Shown: one piece after another, positions 40,447 through 53,600 of the stretch | Layout: each line of letters begins with the position of its first letter | Position numbering within the stretch: position 1 is the stretch's first letter | IMG/VR virus record: IMGVR_UViG_3300040807_001288 | Coordinates: 12,710 to 76,709 of that record | Length of the DNA stretch: 64,000 nt | Direction: 5' to 3' (one strand) | DNA from: a virus | Program-made: the position numbers and the translations under genes | Notes under the pieces: generated by a model | What the model saw: only the letters and a program-made list of their open reading frames with translations | What the model was told of the DNA's origin: nothing | Databases searched by the model: none

Positions 40447-42099
40447 ATGGAAATGATGCATCAAACTGATGATACTCTGGTCCAGAAGTGGGAGCCTGTC
40501 CTTGAGGGCATCGACACAGACTACACTCGTCGCGTCACCGCTCAACTTCTTGAGAACCAAGCTAAGTCCATCGTCGAGGAGCGCCTTTCGGAAGATATTA
40601 CCGCTGGCGCTACCACTACGGGACAGCTTGGCACCTTCCAGAAGTTCGCCTTCCCTCTCGTTCGTCGGGTTTATCCCCAACTAATTGCCAACAGCCTTGT
40701 TGGTGTTCAGCCCATGCAGGGTCCCGTCTCTCAGGTCTTCTACCTTGGTAACGACCGCGTTAAGAGAGGTGGTGAGACCCCTGCTACCGACATTCAAACG
40801 GTCTACAGCAAGTTCAACATGACCTACAGAGGTCTTACGCCACAGCGTATTGGTTCTACTGCTTCTGGTAATATCGTTGGTGGCGGTACGTTCCTCAACG
40901 CCGATGGCACTAGACAGAACGCTGCTGGCATTGGTCTTGATGGTGATAATGCTCAGAGTGGCTTCGACGCTTCCAACGTCCTTGCTGGCTCTGGTACTCA
41001 AATCGACGGCGCTGGTGCTGCCTCAGGCAGCATGGGTGGTCAGATCGCTGCTTGGCCGAACCAAAACGCCGTCATGGGCTTCACCCTTTCTGCTGGTGAG
41101 CGTCTAACTGGTACGGGCATCCCTGAGATGACCTTCCACATCGAGCAGGAGGCGGTCGTCGCCAACACTCGTAAGATGCGTGCGCTTTGGACTCTTGAGG
41201 CTTCTCAGGACCTTAAGGCTTACCACAACCTTGACCTTGAGCGGGAGCTTACTGACCTTCTCTCGAAGGAGCTTCAGCTTGAGATCGACCGTGAGCTTGT
41301 CGAGGATCTTCGCATGATCGCTTATGGTTTCACTGACCTTGCTGGCAAGGGCGGTGTTAACCAGAACCTCATGGACGCCAGCTACATCAACCTAGGTGGT
41401 GATGGTAAGTTCCCAGGCATTAAGGATGATGCCACTGTTGAGAACTTTGTTCCTGCTCAGTTCACCTACGACTTCAGTGGGGGTACTGGGGGTACTGCGC
41501 TTGGCTCTAGAGACCCGCTCTCTAACATCTTCGTGATTGATTTCAGTCAGGAGACCCTTAACCTTTACCCACGCCACGTTGGCGAGGTCTACGCGAACCT
41601 TCTCGCGCTAATCAACCTCGCTTCTCAGGACATCTACCGCACCACGATGCGCGGTCCTGGCAACTGGCTTCTTACCTCTCCGCTCGTCGCCTCTCTTCTT
41701 GAGAGTGCCGCCAAGCTTGAGGGTGGTGTTCAACCTGCTGATGGCCCGACCAACATTGGTGCCAACAGCATTGAGTACAAGGGTAAGTTCATGGGCCGCT
41801 ACGACCTCTATGTCGATCCCATGTACCCCACCGATGAGATCCTTGTTGGCTACAAGGGCGCGAACGCTATGGACGCTGGTTATATCTACGCTCCGTACAT
41901 TCCGCTCCAGCAGCTTCCGACTATCACGGATCCCGAGTCCTTCCAGCCCAGGAAGGGCATCCTTACCCGCTACGGTAAGGTCCACATTGAGCCTTACAAC
42001 AGGTTCTACCGCGTGATTCGTATCATCGGCCCGACTGAGAACTATCTCTTCAGCCCATTCTCCAGAAACACCGCTCTTAACGGTACTCCGGTAAGCTGA
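40447..42099 (+). CDS. Major capsid protein (T4 gp23-like)
   Basis: KWEPVLEG, LLENQ, GVQPMQGP, TRKMRALWTLEASQDL, EIDRE, YAPYIPL and FQPRKGILTRYG motifs. Confidence 0.97.
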   Translation: MEMMHQTDDTLVQKWEPVLEGIDTDYTRRVTAQLLENQAKSIVEERLSEDITAGATTTGQLGTFQKFAFPLVRRVYPQLIANSLVGVQPMQGPVSQVFYLGNDRVKRGGETPATDIQTVYSKFNMTYRGLTPQRIGSTASGNIVGGGTFLNADGTRQNAAGIGLDGDNAQSGFDASNVLAGSGTQIDGAGAASGSMGGQIAAWPNQNAVMGFTLSAGERLTGTGIPEMTFHIEQEAVVANTRKMRALWTLEASQDLKAYHNLDLERELTDLLSKELQLEIDRELVEDLRMIAYGFTDLAGKGGVNQNLMDASYINLGGDGKFPGIKDDATVENFVPAQFTYDFSGGTGGTALGSRDPLSNIFVIDFSQETLNLYPRHVGEVYANLLALINLASQDIYRTTMRGPGNWLLTSPLVASLLESAAKLEGGVQPADGPTNIGANSIEYKGKFMGRYDLYVDPMYPTDEILVGYKGANAMDAGYIYAPYIPLQQLPTITDPESFQPRKGILTRYGKVHIEPYNRFYRVIRIIGPTENYLFSPFSRNTALNGTPVS

Positions 42100-42121
42100 T
42101 CTGAATAGATAACAAACTATT

Positions 42122-42161
42122 GAGGGCCAGAGGTTTTTTGTGCCTCTGGCCCTCTTTCTTT
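42122..42161 (+). terminator. Rho-independent terminator after the capsid gene
   Basis: 12-bp stem GAGGGCCAGAGG/CCTCTGGCCCTC followed by TTTCTTT. Confidence 0.85.
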
Positions 42162-42180
42162 CCTATATATTCTAGAAGTT

Positions 42181-42390
42181 ATGTACAAGTACAGAAGTAA
42201 ATGCAGGTGGAATATGCTTCTTCACATCGACGGTAAAGTTGTTGAGATCAGGCCCTCCGAACTATTCGAGTCTAGATCAGAAGTAAGTTCTAGATACCTT
42301 GAGTTGGTCAAAGCACCAATCAAACAAGAGCAAAAGCCAAGAAGAAAGAAAACCTTCAAATTAGATGTCAGCAGCAGCCCCGAAAGTTGA
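42181..42390 (+). CDS. Hypothetical protein
   Basis: 69-aa ORF after the terminator, overlapping the neck gene. Confidence 0.55.
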   Translation: MYKYRSKCRWNMLLHIDGKVVEIRPSELFESRSEVSSRYLELVKAPIKQEQKPRRKKTFKLDVSSSPES

Positions 42391-43246
42391 TCCTAGGTTA
42401 CTAGGTTATGGAGACACCTTTGGTACTTACGCAGGTAGGAACCTTGGTGATACTGATATCTACTCAACGGCTGTAGACACCTCGAAGTTGAACACAGGCG
42501 TCCTGGCAGAGGGTGTTGAACTAAATCAATTCGAGCAAACAATCAAGGATTTCATCCTCGCTAGACTGGGCTACCCAGTCGTTCGCGTAGAGCTTACAGA
42601 CTTCCAAATCAAGTCGGCTATTGATGAGTCCATCACACACTTAGACTACCACGCACCTTTCTGGTGTACTCAAATGGCAGCGTTTGAGACCTCGGCTGGC
42701 GTCAATGCCTACATGCTACCTCTGCATATTGCTCATGGTCTCTCTTACTGCGCCTACAAAAAATCTCTGCTAAGTATTCAAAACATGGCAGGGTCTTTGG
42801 AGTTTGATTTCTTTATTAAATACTTCCAAGACAACTTCTTATTCAGTAACTTCTCTGTATCAGACTTCTACCTTCTTCAGACTCATCTGGAGATGGTTAG
42901 AAAGATACTGAGTCAGGAAGGGTCCTGGGATATTATCAACGGCAATATCCTTCAACTGTACCCAACACCTACTTATACAGGAGAAACTGTTATTCTGGTC
43001 TTTAGGGGCTTGGATACTGCTACCATGCATCCATACTACAAGAACTGGATACAACGATACGCTCTTGCCGTGTCCAAGGGAATCCTTGGTGAGGTTAGAG
43101 GTAAGTATTCTTCTCTCCCTTCGCCAGGGGGTGGAGCTAGTTTAAATGGCGCTGCTCTGAGCCAGCAAAGCGAGCAGGAAAAAGAAAAGCTCAAAGAAGA
43201 GCTTCTATCTGAAATTGAAGAACCACCGACGTTCACATTATTCTAA
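42365..43246 (+). CDS. Neck / head-tail adaptor (gp13-like)
   Basis: LARLGYPVVRVEL, WIQRYALA..K..LGEVRGKY and PGGGASLNG motifs. Confidence 0.9.
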   Translation: MSAAAPKVDPRLLGYGDTFGTYAGRNLGDTDIYSTAVDTSKLNTGVLAEGVELNQFEQTIKDFILARLGYPVVRVELTDFQIKSAIDESITHLDYHAPFWCTQMAAFETSAGVNAYMLPLHIAHGLSYCAYKKSLLSIQNMAGSLEFDFFIKYFQDNFLFSNFSVSDFYLLQTHLEMVRKILSQEGSWDIINGNILQLYPTPTYTGETVILVFRGLDTATMHPYYKNWIQRYALAVSKGILGEVRGKYSSLPSPGGGASLNGAALSQQSEQEKEKLKEELLSEIEEPPTFTLF

Positions 43247-43659
43247 TGAAATATATCAAAAAACTATTATCTGAGCAGACGCGCACCACTGAGCGCGGAG
43301 AGAAGACCAAAGGAATGCCTCGCCCTGCCCAGCAGCCTAACTCTACTAGGACTAAGCCTGACATCAAAAAAAAGGTTGAAATGGCTAGAGAAGTCGGCCC
43401 TAAGAAAGGACAACTTCCTGGTTCCAAGCCAGAGCGGGAAGATTCTCACACAGTCTACAAGCAAATGGGTATGCTTATGGCTGAAGCTCTTGGCCTTGTC
43501 TCAGAGGAAGTAAAGCAAATGCCCCCAGTGGGCAAGTGGAAAAAGCCTGGGGACCTTAGCAAAGAGGCAGAGGAAGCTAGAGCAGCAGGAAAGAAACCAG
43601 CAAAATCTGTGCGGCGTAATCCGAATTCCATTGATTACCCGAAAGGTGGCCGTCCCTGA
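43246..43659 (+). CDS. Basic low-complexity protein, possible internal head protein
   Basis: K/R/P-rich. Shares a YxxxGxxxAEA motif with the protease extension. Confidence 0.6.
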   Translation: MKYIKKLLSEQTRTTERGEKTKGMPRPAQQPNSTRTKPDIKKKVEMAREVGPKKGQLPGSKPEREDSHTVYKQMGMLMAEALGLVSEEVKQMPPVGKWKKPGDLSKEAEEARAAGKKPAKSVRRNPNSIDYPKGGRP

Positions 43660-44237
43660 TGAGCAACAAGAACTACAAGGTAACAACGAAGCTTCCCGAA
43701 CTCCCTGATCTGGATGAGGGTGAGGGGCTTCTGAACCTATTTGATCAGGATAACCCCGACATCAATCTGTTCAACCTTGTAGATGATGAGATGATTCGTC
43801 TTGCTGGCTCAAAGTTTCACTTTTATAAATACTATCAAACTGATGAGTACGATGAGGTTTATATGGAGTCTAGGAATAAGCCTGTATCGAAAACTCCCAT
43901 CATGGTTCACGGTCATTATGATCCTGTGGCTATGAGTGAGGAGCTTACTCAGTTTGGTATTGAATTAAACAACGATCAACTCTTTACTTTTAATAAGAGC
44001 TATATAGAGAGGAAGCTAGGTAGATCTGTCATCCCTGGAGATGTCATCAAGCCTGTCTTCCAAAATCAAAAATACGAGATCTTTGAGGTGGTAGAGGATA
44101 GCTTTGAATCTTATGGAGTTTATCACTTAGTATGCTCTGCCAAGCTCCTCAGAGATTCCGATGACGTTCAAGACACCCCACTTACAAAGGTCAGCGATGA
44201 CCTTGGCGGCTACGGGGGCGACATAGTAGAAATATAA
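43659..44237 (+). CDS. Neck / head closure protein (gp14-like)
   Basis: DEMIRLAG, DEVYME, LTQFGIE, PGDVI and YEIFEV pattern. Follows gp13. Confidence 0.8.
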   Translation: MSNKNYKVTTKLPELPDLDEGEGLLNLFDQDNPDINLFNLVDDEMIRLAGSKFHFYKYYQTDEYDEVYMESRNKPVSKTPIMVHGHYDPVAMSEELTQFGIELNNDQLFTFNKSYIERKLGRSVIPGDVIKPVFQNQKYEIFEVVEDSFESYGVYHLVCSAKLLRDSDDVQDTPLTKVSDDLGGYGGDIVEI

Positions 44238-44247
44238 GGAGATAGTT

Positions 44248-44625
44248 ATGGCAGTTTTACTTGTAGTTTGTAGACCAGATACTCTGGTAAGTTATGATGA
44301 CAACGATATCATTCAGGCACTTGATGCAGAGCAAAGCCCAGGAACAGTTGTGGAGCAGAACGCCCCCACTAGGTTCGAGTTTTGTTACATCACGGATAGA
44401 GAGGTGATTGACTCAGAGATCATGAACTTGATGGTTCCCCTTGAGGAGGAGGATCCTTTGGATCCTTCTGGGCTACCTATCATGGTTGAGAAGCGTAGGT
44501 ACGGTGTGGATCTGTCGTATGATCCAGCGTTCCTAACTTATGCACCTTATGCTACAGCACCAGAAGACATCAAATTTACTTGGGCTGAGTTTGAGCCAAA
44601 AATCATAGACAAAGCGCCAGAGTAG
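44248..44625 (+). CDS. Hypothetical acidic protein
   Basis: AGGAG RBS, 125 aa, directly upstream of the giant gene. Confidence 0.7.
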   Translation: MAVLLVVCRPDTLVSYDDNDIIQALDAEQSPGTVVEQNAPTRFEFCYITDREVIDSEIMNLMVPLEEEDPLDPSGLPIMVEKRRYGVDLSYDPAFLTYAPYATAPEDIKFTWAEFEPKIIDKAPE

Positions 44626-44635
44626 TATATAAGGT

Positions 44636-47600
44636 ATGGCGTTTGTTTATACAAAAACTATAGGTGTAGGTAAAGACTACACTACGTTTACCCTGGCTGA
44701 AGGAGATATAGTAAATATTCCTACATCTCCTGATTTAGTTGCCGAAGACGAGGCTATAGTTTTTGAAGTAGACGCGGGAACCTACAGTGAGTCCACAGTA
44801 TTTTTTGATGCTGCGGTCAGTGGAGACGCTGATCACCAAGTAACTTTCAAGCCCGCTCCAGGCAGTGAGCATAATGGTGAGTTCGGCACAGGTGTAATTA
44901 GAGAGTTTACTGGTGGAGGCACTTACTCATTCGTCACTCAAATGAGTGATCTAGTATTTTCTGGTTTAACCTTCTCTCTGCCTGACAATACTACCTATCT
45001 TCGCAGCTTGCTGATAGGTGAAGGTTCGGGTGTCTTTATTGATTCTTGTTTGTTTGATAATAAAAATAATAGAAACAGCTCAGAAACAGTTACTAATGCG
45101 AATTGGGGAGTAACCTTTAGGAACTGTGTATTCAAGAAGCTGGAAAAGTATTCAGATGTTATAACTTTTACCGCAGGGGCAACTTACGAAGGAAACGCTA
45201 AAGTTATAAACTGTTCTTTCTTGGGAGAGTACATAGGAGAGAGGGCTTTTGCTGTAAACTTTGCTGGCGACCTTACGCTGGAGGTCACCAACTGTATAGG
45301 TGCGATTGATCACGCATGGTATCAGACCGGAACCGGGACGCTTTCACTAACTGGAGGATTTAATTACTTCGGTCATAGTCAAGAAATTCCTGAGGCTATT
45401 CGAGGTCCTCTGCGTAGAATTTTTGCTACTCCTGCGATAACTTGTGAAGATTTCAACGCGATGATTCACAATGTTAGCTCTATGCAGTTATTCGATGTTA
45501 GTGGGCAAAAGATTACTGAGACTTCAGGCGCAGGTCCCTCTGTATCTTCTCTTTCTGTTCCAACCACTGACCTCGTAGGCAATCCGAGATCTGGTGCCAC
45601 CACCCTTCCTGGAGCCTGGGCTACGCTAACTTCTTCTTTAGGTGAGTACAACAATCCTACGGAGGTAATAAAATCCATAGGAACAAATAGTAGAGACTAT
45701 GCTACCATAGAACTTGCTGTTGCTGACATAACAAACGTCGCTGTGGCAGAGTTTGGTGGGCATAGTTTTGCTGGTTACAACGGAAAACTAATTTTTGAAC
45801 TATACAATGACTCTGTTTTTCAGTTAGCTTCGAATATTACTGTGTTTAATAGCACTAGACCTTTTCAGTGTGATCAGACAAGAAATATAACTTTTAGGCC
45901 AGCCGTAGGAGATCAGCACACAGGTATTGGTGGTACAGGTGTGCGGATAATTAATCCTAATTCCCAAAATTCGACGGGCATAACTGCGGGAGAAAACTTT
46001 ATGATTTTCTCTGGGTTGTCATTTGATTCTAATGACAACGGCTTCTCTTTTAATGCGCTTCCTTCTTATTTAAGTCTGATTCATAATTTCCGCTATAATG
46101 TTCACTTACCAATAGCCACCCAAGGAGTTACTTTTGTTAACTGTTTCTTTAATCTTCCTGAGTCTATTGCATCAACTCAATCTAATCTTAATGCACTTCA
46201 ACTAGGGTCTATAGGAAACTTAAGTGATGAGTACCGTAAATATGCTAAGGTAGGCACTGAAACGTACCCAATCATAATAAAAAATAATGTATTTCATAGG
46301 TGTGCTTGTGGATTAAACTCACCTAATTATGACACCGGACCCGATGTTCAGGCGCACTACCATTTAGTTAATAATACGTTAATTAATGATGGAAACATTT
46401 CGACTCAATCTCCGTTAAGAATCGGTGCTGGAGCGTTAGGCAACACTTACGCTCTTACTGCTGTAAATAATTTTATTCTTGTTGGAGAATCGGAGCGGCC
46501 CATAGGTGGATATGGTCCGTCAGCTATTTGCACTTTTGTAGGTTCAAACAATTACGCTTCTAATCCAACCAATAGACCTGCTCTTCCATTACCCCCCTTC
46601 AACGGCACTTATACATGGCCCACTTCACTTCAAGGTAGTCCAAACCCAATACAAAAAACTACTCTCTACGATCCCTCCTCTGTTTCTGGCGCGGGTGACT
46701 ACGGGATCTATGTCAAGAGCCGTGGTATTCTATTAGACAGCCCCCAGAACTCCCTTGTAAGCGGTGGAGTGGGTCCTGACGTAAGTTCTATAGTTCCCAC
46801 GACGGATATCCTAGGCAACCCAAGAACAGGCTCCTCCGTGAACCCAGGGGCGTATGCGAACACTAGTGAGACTGTTAGAGTTGTTAGAAGTTTAGGGCAC
46901 GAAAAAAATTACAGCACATGGAACCTGGGCATAGCTGATATTAGTGACATTTTATTATCTGACACAGAAACTTCAGCTTATGGAACGGACAGCTTACTAG
47001 AAGCTAACTGTGAGTTAGTTTTTGAGGCTTTTAGTTCTACGCCCAGTCAATACGGGGCATACACAAGATTAGATTTACCTTTTTACGACACAGATAAAAC
47101 ACGTCGGCTTCAGCTAAGTGCCACAGCTTCGCAAAGGCATCGAGGTAGGTTTAATACTGGAGTGAGTTTTTATGTAACAAGTAGTCCAGCCATTAGATGC
47201 CGAGGATCAAACTGGACTGTTGATGGTATTTTTATAAATAATGGCACTCCTATTGGAGATGGTTCTGTAGAGCCTACTGCTTTTGCTCCTGGAGATAAAT
47301 GGTTTGAAACATACCCTTACGATAGCGTTGCTTCTGGCGGTCTTTTTGGGATACATTTAAAAAATATATTTGTTAGCAATCCTTATCAAGTCTATTTTAA
47401 CACTGACAATAGGACCGGGGCAAAACGAGCAACTTTTGTTAACTTAAATAATTTAGGTTCAAGAAGCAATCCCATAGTTGTAGAAAATTGTGATTTTTTA
47501 GGAAATTCTCAGGCTGTTGATATTGTTAACAGTCCCACAGGATCAGGCAAAGAAACTCACGTTAGGATTGTTAATTGTAATTTTAATTCTCAGTGGAGAG

Positions 47601-50600
47601 GAGGTCCACACGGACAAACTTTAAGATTCATTGGACGTAATAATATCTATCCTTGTGTTACTTATGCTGATATAGTAAACTGCACTCATACAACAAATAC
47701 AACAAATTCCGTTCCTAGGCCCGACGGATATAATGAAGGGAACGGCACGACACAGGTTCTGGGTGGAGGGGGCGCGGACATATACTACGTCATGAACTCT
47801 GCTACCGAAGAAGAACTTCAAATAACTGGTGGAGGAAACTTGGGGCGATACCTAAGTCCCTCTTCTACCTTACTTAGAAGTTTTGGTGATTACGGTATTG
47901 GAGAAGCGATTCAGCCATCGAATGAATTCGATGGATCTAGTGCGGTATATAGACAACTTCAAGAAAACAACTGGCTTCGTTACTCTCCAAGTTTATATGA
48001 GCCATCAGCAGGGCAGTATCTCGCTGCGGAACGTGCTGAGGAATTATACGATACTGGGGGAGGATTGCTAATAAGCAATACAATGACACTGTTGTCGGGG
48101 ACAGGCAGATCGTTAGCCTCACCACACAATAATGCTGTAGGGAAAGGGCTATCTCATGAGGTTTGCTCTATTGTTCCCACCACAGATATGCTGGGCAACC
48201 CAAGAGATGCGTCTAGTATTTTAGTTGGGCCTTATTCCGTAGGCGAAGAAACGGTAGAAATTGTCCGCACAGTTGGCCCAGGACAGCAATACTCTACGAT
48301 GCCACTAGCAACAGGGGATATTGTAAACATCTGTACCAGTGCCGTTGAGCTATCCGCACAACCAGAACGGTTGGGAACTAATCTTTTCATGACAAACAAA
48401 AGATTAGTCTTTGCTCTTTCAGGAGAGCTTGGACATCTTGACAGTGCAGTCAACACCTATAAAGGTACAGTAGTCACTGATCCAACTAGAAATATAGTTT
48501 TCAGTGGAGTTGATAATCATAACGGTTATCGAGATCAAGGGTCTGTCCTGGCTGGAAGCGGATTCATAGTAAACAACAATATTGAACATACACTCTTTAA
48601 AAATATCCAATTTAAAGACTTAAGGGGCACAGGTGGTGGCTATCAGCTTTTCACCTCCAATCAATTTGAAGAAGAGGGAACGATAGGAACAACATTAGAT
48701 GGTTGTTTGTTTGTTCTTTCTGGAACTTCTAACCCTAGAATTATATCTCAAGGGTACAGGACAAAAGACTGCGGAACATACAGATATCCTTTCACCATTA
48801 AAAATTGTGTCCTAAGGACTGACCCCACACAAAATGTTCAGGGGGGTGTTTTGTATGGGAGCAATGCGGCTAGTGGTCACTTCTTTCATATAGAGCTTAT
48901 TAACAACACGTTTGATATAAAATCTAACGCTTATGCTGTTGGAACTACTTCATTTACAAACTATGATAAAGCCTTAATACGAACAATAAATAATTATAGT
49001 TTTGGTCATGGTAACAGTAACTCTCCAAACTCAAATACCTCTAATGTTTACTATCCAACAACGTCTGGAAACTGGATTAACGGCTATCTACCTGATAGGA
49101 CTTTTGGTGCTGGGACCACAGTTTATGGAGAATCTAGTAATGATAGATGGTCCCTCTCTGCGCTAGAGCCAAGTGCTACAGATAATCCTTACTACTCAGT
49201 GAGGACATCAAACTTTGTAGATTATAAAAACAATCTAATTAATGAAACAAAAGGCGTTGGTCCTGCTTCTAGCACATACATGGGAGTTCTAGTTCCCTCG
49301 GAAGATATTTTAGGTAATCCAAGAACAGGCACCACAACTCTTCCTGGAGCTTATTCCGTTCCCGAATTAAATACTATCAGCAGGAGAATATCAAAAACGG
49401 ACACAGGGCCTGACGTTTATAGTACATTCACGTTGGCTGAGGCCGATATTGTAAACATAGCTACAAGTGCTGTAATAAACGATGAGGTAGTTAATAAAGA
49501 TCTCATTTATCATAACGCTGAAATTGTTTTTGATGTTGATGCTGGCGAGTATGTAGAAGATTTCCGAATAGATCACAGCACCGATATACCACAAAAAGAC
49601 TATGCTCGTAGGATAACCTATACAGCAGCCAGCGATAGCGGACATCAGGGGTACGACAACAGTGGTGTTAGGATTGTGTCTGTTGCTGGTGCGGTTGGAA
49701 ATCACGTTGAAATAAAGGACAGTTATACTACGTTTGATAATTTTGTTATCCATAACATAAATGAATCTCTCACTCAAACAAAAGTTAACTTTACTGTTAA
49801 GTCAGGTCCTGTAGGTGTTATAGTAAAAAATAACATTATAGAAACATTTAATAACAGGCAAGCAGTTAGATTAGGGCAAGACTTTGCGGGCTCTGAGTAT
49901 GAGCCTATAGAAGTTTTTAATAACGTAATCCGAGCAGACAGAAGTAATAATCAATACGCCATATACATATACAATAATAGCAGCGGAGATCTATACACTA
50001 GGTTGTTAAACAACACTGTACTTGGTAACGTAAATATCCCTGCAATAGGCACTGCCGCAGCAACTATAGGAACTTCAGTTGCTCATGAAATGAGTAACAA
50101 CCTCGTTCTAAGTGATCGAGCGACTGCCTTCAACGTCATCCCTACAGGAGAAAACAACTTTGGACCCTCTGTTCAAGCATGGCCCGTTGCCATTCAAGGA
50201 TCTCCCTATCCAATAACACCAACCTTCTCAATCACCGACCCCTCATCCAGCCCATCAACGGACTTTGCGGTGTACATGGGGGTAACTAAAGCTTTAATAG
50301 ATATGTCAGGCAACGCTGTGTGGCAGAAAGGTATGGGACCAGCTTCCAGTACCCTCGTACCTACTACTGACATCTTAGGCAACCCTAGGAGTGGCCTTAC
50401 TGCAAACCCAGGAGCGTTTGAACTAGACGGAAACTTCCCTGTTATAGAGGTTCTAAGAACAATTGGACCGAGTAGAGATTATTCTACGTTTAGTTTGGCT
50501 GAGTCGGATGTTGTAGATATTGCTACTAGCGCCATTGGTGGCGAGGATCTAAGATACTACAACGGAAAAATAAAATTTGAGGCGGACGCGGGGACGTATG

Positions 50601-53600
50601 CGGAGAGCGTGAGCTTCAACAGCTCGTTGACGACGGACGCGACTCGCAACGTCACCTATCGTCCAGCAAGCGGCAGCGAGCACGGGGGGAGCCTTAGCTC
50701 GGGCGTGATTGTGAGTGGCTCCAGTGGAAACACGGCAGGGCTCTACGACGACTTTATCCACTTCGAGGGCATCGTCCTCAAGAGTTCCGCGTCCTACGCC
50801 CTCGCAATCGGCGCGGATGGAGTCACCGTGGACGGTCTAGTTCTGGCAAACACGAACTCGGACGTCGCGATCTTTCAGAATGGCACGGCTCTGAACCCCG
50901 TGCGCTGTCTGAATTGCGTCGCGCACGCGACCAACGGATACGGGTTCTATATCTTCGGGACGAGCACAGCGGCTCACGTTCATCTGGTCAACAGCACGGC
51001 GATCGTCTCCTCCGGCAGCTATGCAATTCGCAACTATGGCAGCGCCGCGAACCTGACGCTAATCAATCACCTCGGGCTCGTGACAAGCGGCGCGGCTTAT
51101 CAAGCAGTCGCAAGCCCGACGATCACGGGGAGCAATTGCTTCTCAACGGGAACTGGCCCTTTCCCCGCCGCCATCCAAGGCTCCCCTTATCCAGTTACTA
51201 CTACGACCAGACTTGATCCTTCTTCTGTTTCTGGTGCTGATGATTATGCAATCTTCCTACCAAGAACAGGTCAGTTGGCTGACGCTGAACAGAACGTGGT
51301 TCTCAGTGGTGGTGTTGGTCCTGCATCTAGCACACTTGTTCCTACTACGGACATTCAAGGCAACCCAAGATCAGGAGCCACAGCTAACCCAGGAGCTTTC
51401 GAGGTCGCTCTACCTCTCACAGAAACCATAAGGACCATTGGAGCTAGTGGACAAGACTACACTACTATATCTCTAGCTCTTGGTGATATGCCTGACATTG
51501 CGCTGAGTGCTTTCGGTAGCACAGACATCGCATCAAAAAACGCTAGGATTACTTTCCATATTGTTCCTGGATCTTATGCTAGAGCTACAAACATCTCTAA
51601 TACAGTTTCGGGTGATTCAGATAGATTTATTACTCTTAGTTCTACTGAGCCTTTAGGTGCTGTAGTAAACAAAGGTTCGATAGCATTTAATGCCTTTACA
51701 TTCGCAGAACCAGCGGAGTATTTTAAATTCAAAGGTATTTATGCTGCTGGAACAGTTGGTGGTTTCGCTGTTGCAAATACCCCCTTCAGAGGGATTACCG
51801 TCGAAAGCTGCTTTCTGGAGACCGAATCGACTCCACAATATGCGGGGTGGCGGGGGCAAGGAGCGGTGGCCTATGCAGGAACTGAAGATGATCCTCTGGT
51901 GCTTATTAACAACATAGGAGCAACTCCTAACCTTGTTCAACTAGAGCATTCTGGCGCAGCTTGCAACGTTAGCGCCGTAAACAACACACTTGTAAAGAAT
52001 TTTGAAGGAAACTATACCAAGGGAATGTTCCATACAGAGCAAGCCGTATCAAATAAGTTCCGCCTGTACAATAACATCAACCTAAATGAGGGAACTGCGG
52101 ACAATCAAGGTTTTGTAAGAATTCAAAACGGAACTATTGATGTGTCGGGTGCGGGGAACGTATCCAAAGTAAACCCCACTCAAGGTGCTGAGGCTCTTGG
52201 AATAGGTGTTGATCTTCCAATCACTAGATCATTATCTCCAGACACCTCTAGTGCTATCTTTGTTGGAACTTCAGGTATCTTGTTCGACAATGCGAACAAC
52301 GAAGCTATTGGACGAGGAGCAAGTTCGTTTGCTCCTACAACTGACATCCTGGGAAACACTAGAGTAGGTAATAACCCAGGTGCTTGGGGCACAACTGTCT
52401 CCTCTGTAGATACATCTACCTTTAGTATAGGTACAAGTGGTAGAGACTTTACCACATTCACACTAGCTAATGCAACTATCGCAGATATGGTGGGATCTAG
52501 TCTTGTTGTAGACAATACTAAAGTAAACTTCGATGTTCATAATGATGATGTTTTCCGTGAGTCGGTTAACTTTGGAACAAACCTAGAGGCTGATGAAGAT
52601 AGATTCATTACATATCAGGCTGCTTCTGGCGATCAACACAACGGCCTTATAGGAACTGGATCCCGCCTAGAGACCAGTGTTGGAGGTCACACGCTTCAAG
52701 ATGATTATACTATTTTTGACGGGTTAGCCTTCGGTTTAGTAGGAGTGCAAAACTCCAAATCGCTTTTCGATCTTACCCAGGACACCAACACTAAAGAAGG
52801 AACTATTTTCCAAAACTGTATATTCTATGATGAAACAGGCAATTCCAACATAGGCATTGATGGAAGAACTAAATATAACCTAGGTTCTCAGACGGACCCC
52901 ATTGAGATAGACAATGGAGTATTCTATAACTTTGCTTTCCCAGTCAGTTATGGATACAATGGAGGCGATAATTTTGAACACAGATTTGAGCTAATTAACT
53001 GCTCTTTCTTAGGCAACGATAGGGCTATTAGAGTTGACCTCAGATCAACTAATAGCACCGTGTATAGTAAGCTTGTAAACCTTCTTGCTTACAACTCTAC
53101 AGTAGCGGATCTGGAAGAAATTTCTGGCGCAGCTACACACTCCACTTTAGGAAGTAGACAAAACTACGGACTCAGAGGAGACTTTCCTGGATTAGGTAGT
53201 AGGAACCCTGTGTCGGGAACGACTGATCTCGATCCACAAACTTCAGGATTCCATGCTATTCATGTTGCGTCGGGTGATCCAACTCCTGCAATTGATAGCG
53301 ACAATGATATACTAAGCCAGGGCATTGGCCCTCTTGTTGTGTCTGATGTTCCTCAGTTTGATATACTAGGAGTAGAGAGGCCACAGACTCAATGTGAGCC
53401 TGGAGCTTTCCAAGTGAGTGGTGGAGGAGTTATAATTCCAGAAAAACCTACCAATCCCTCACCAGCATATGAGGCTACAGATGTTGAGGCTAACCCCACA
53501 ATATCTTGGGTGGACGACCCTGTGACTGCGCCTACTGGTTGGAAGGTTTACTTCTCAACTTCACCCATTTTCACTGAGGCTGATGTTGTACACAGAGGCC

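Noticed and set aside
44636-53420. Diversity-generating retroelement acting on the repeat modules
   Set aside because: No reverse transcriptase is present and I saw no near-identical repeat pair differing only at adenines.
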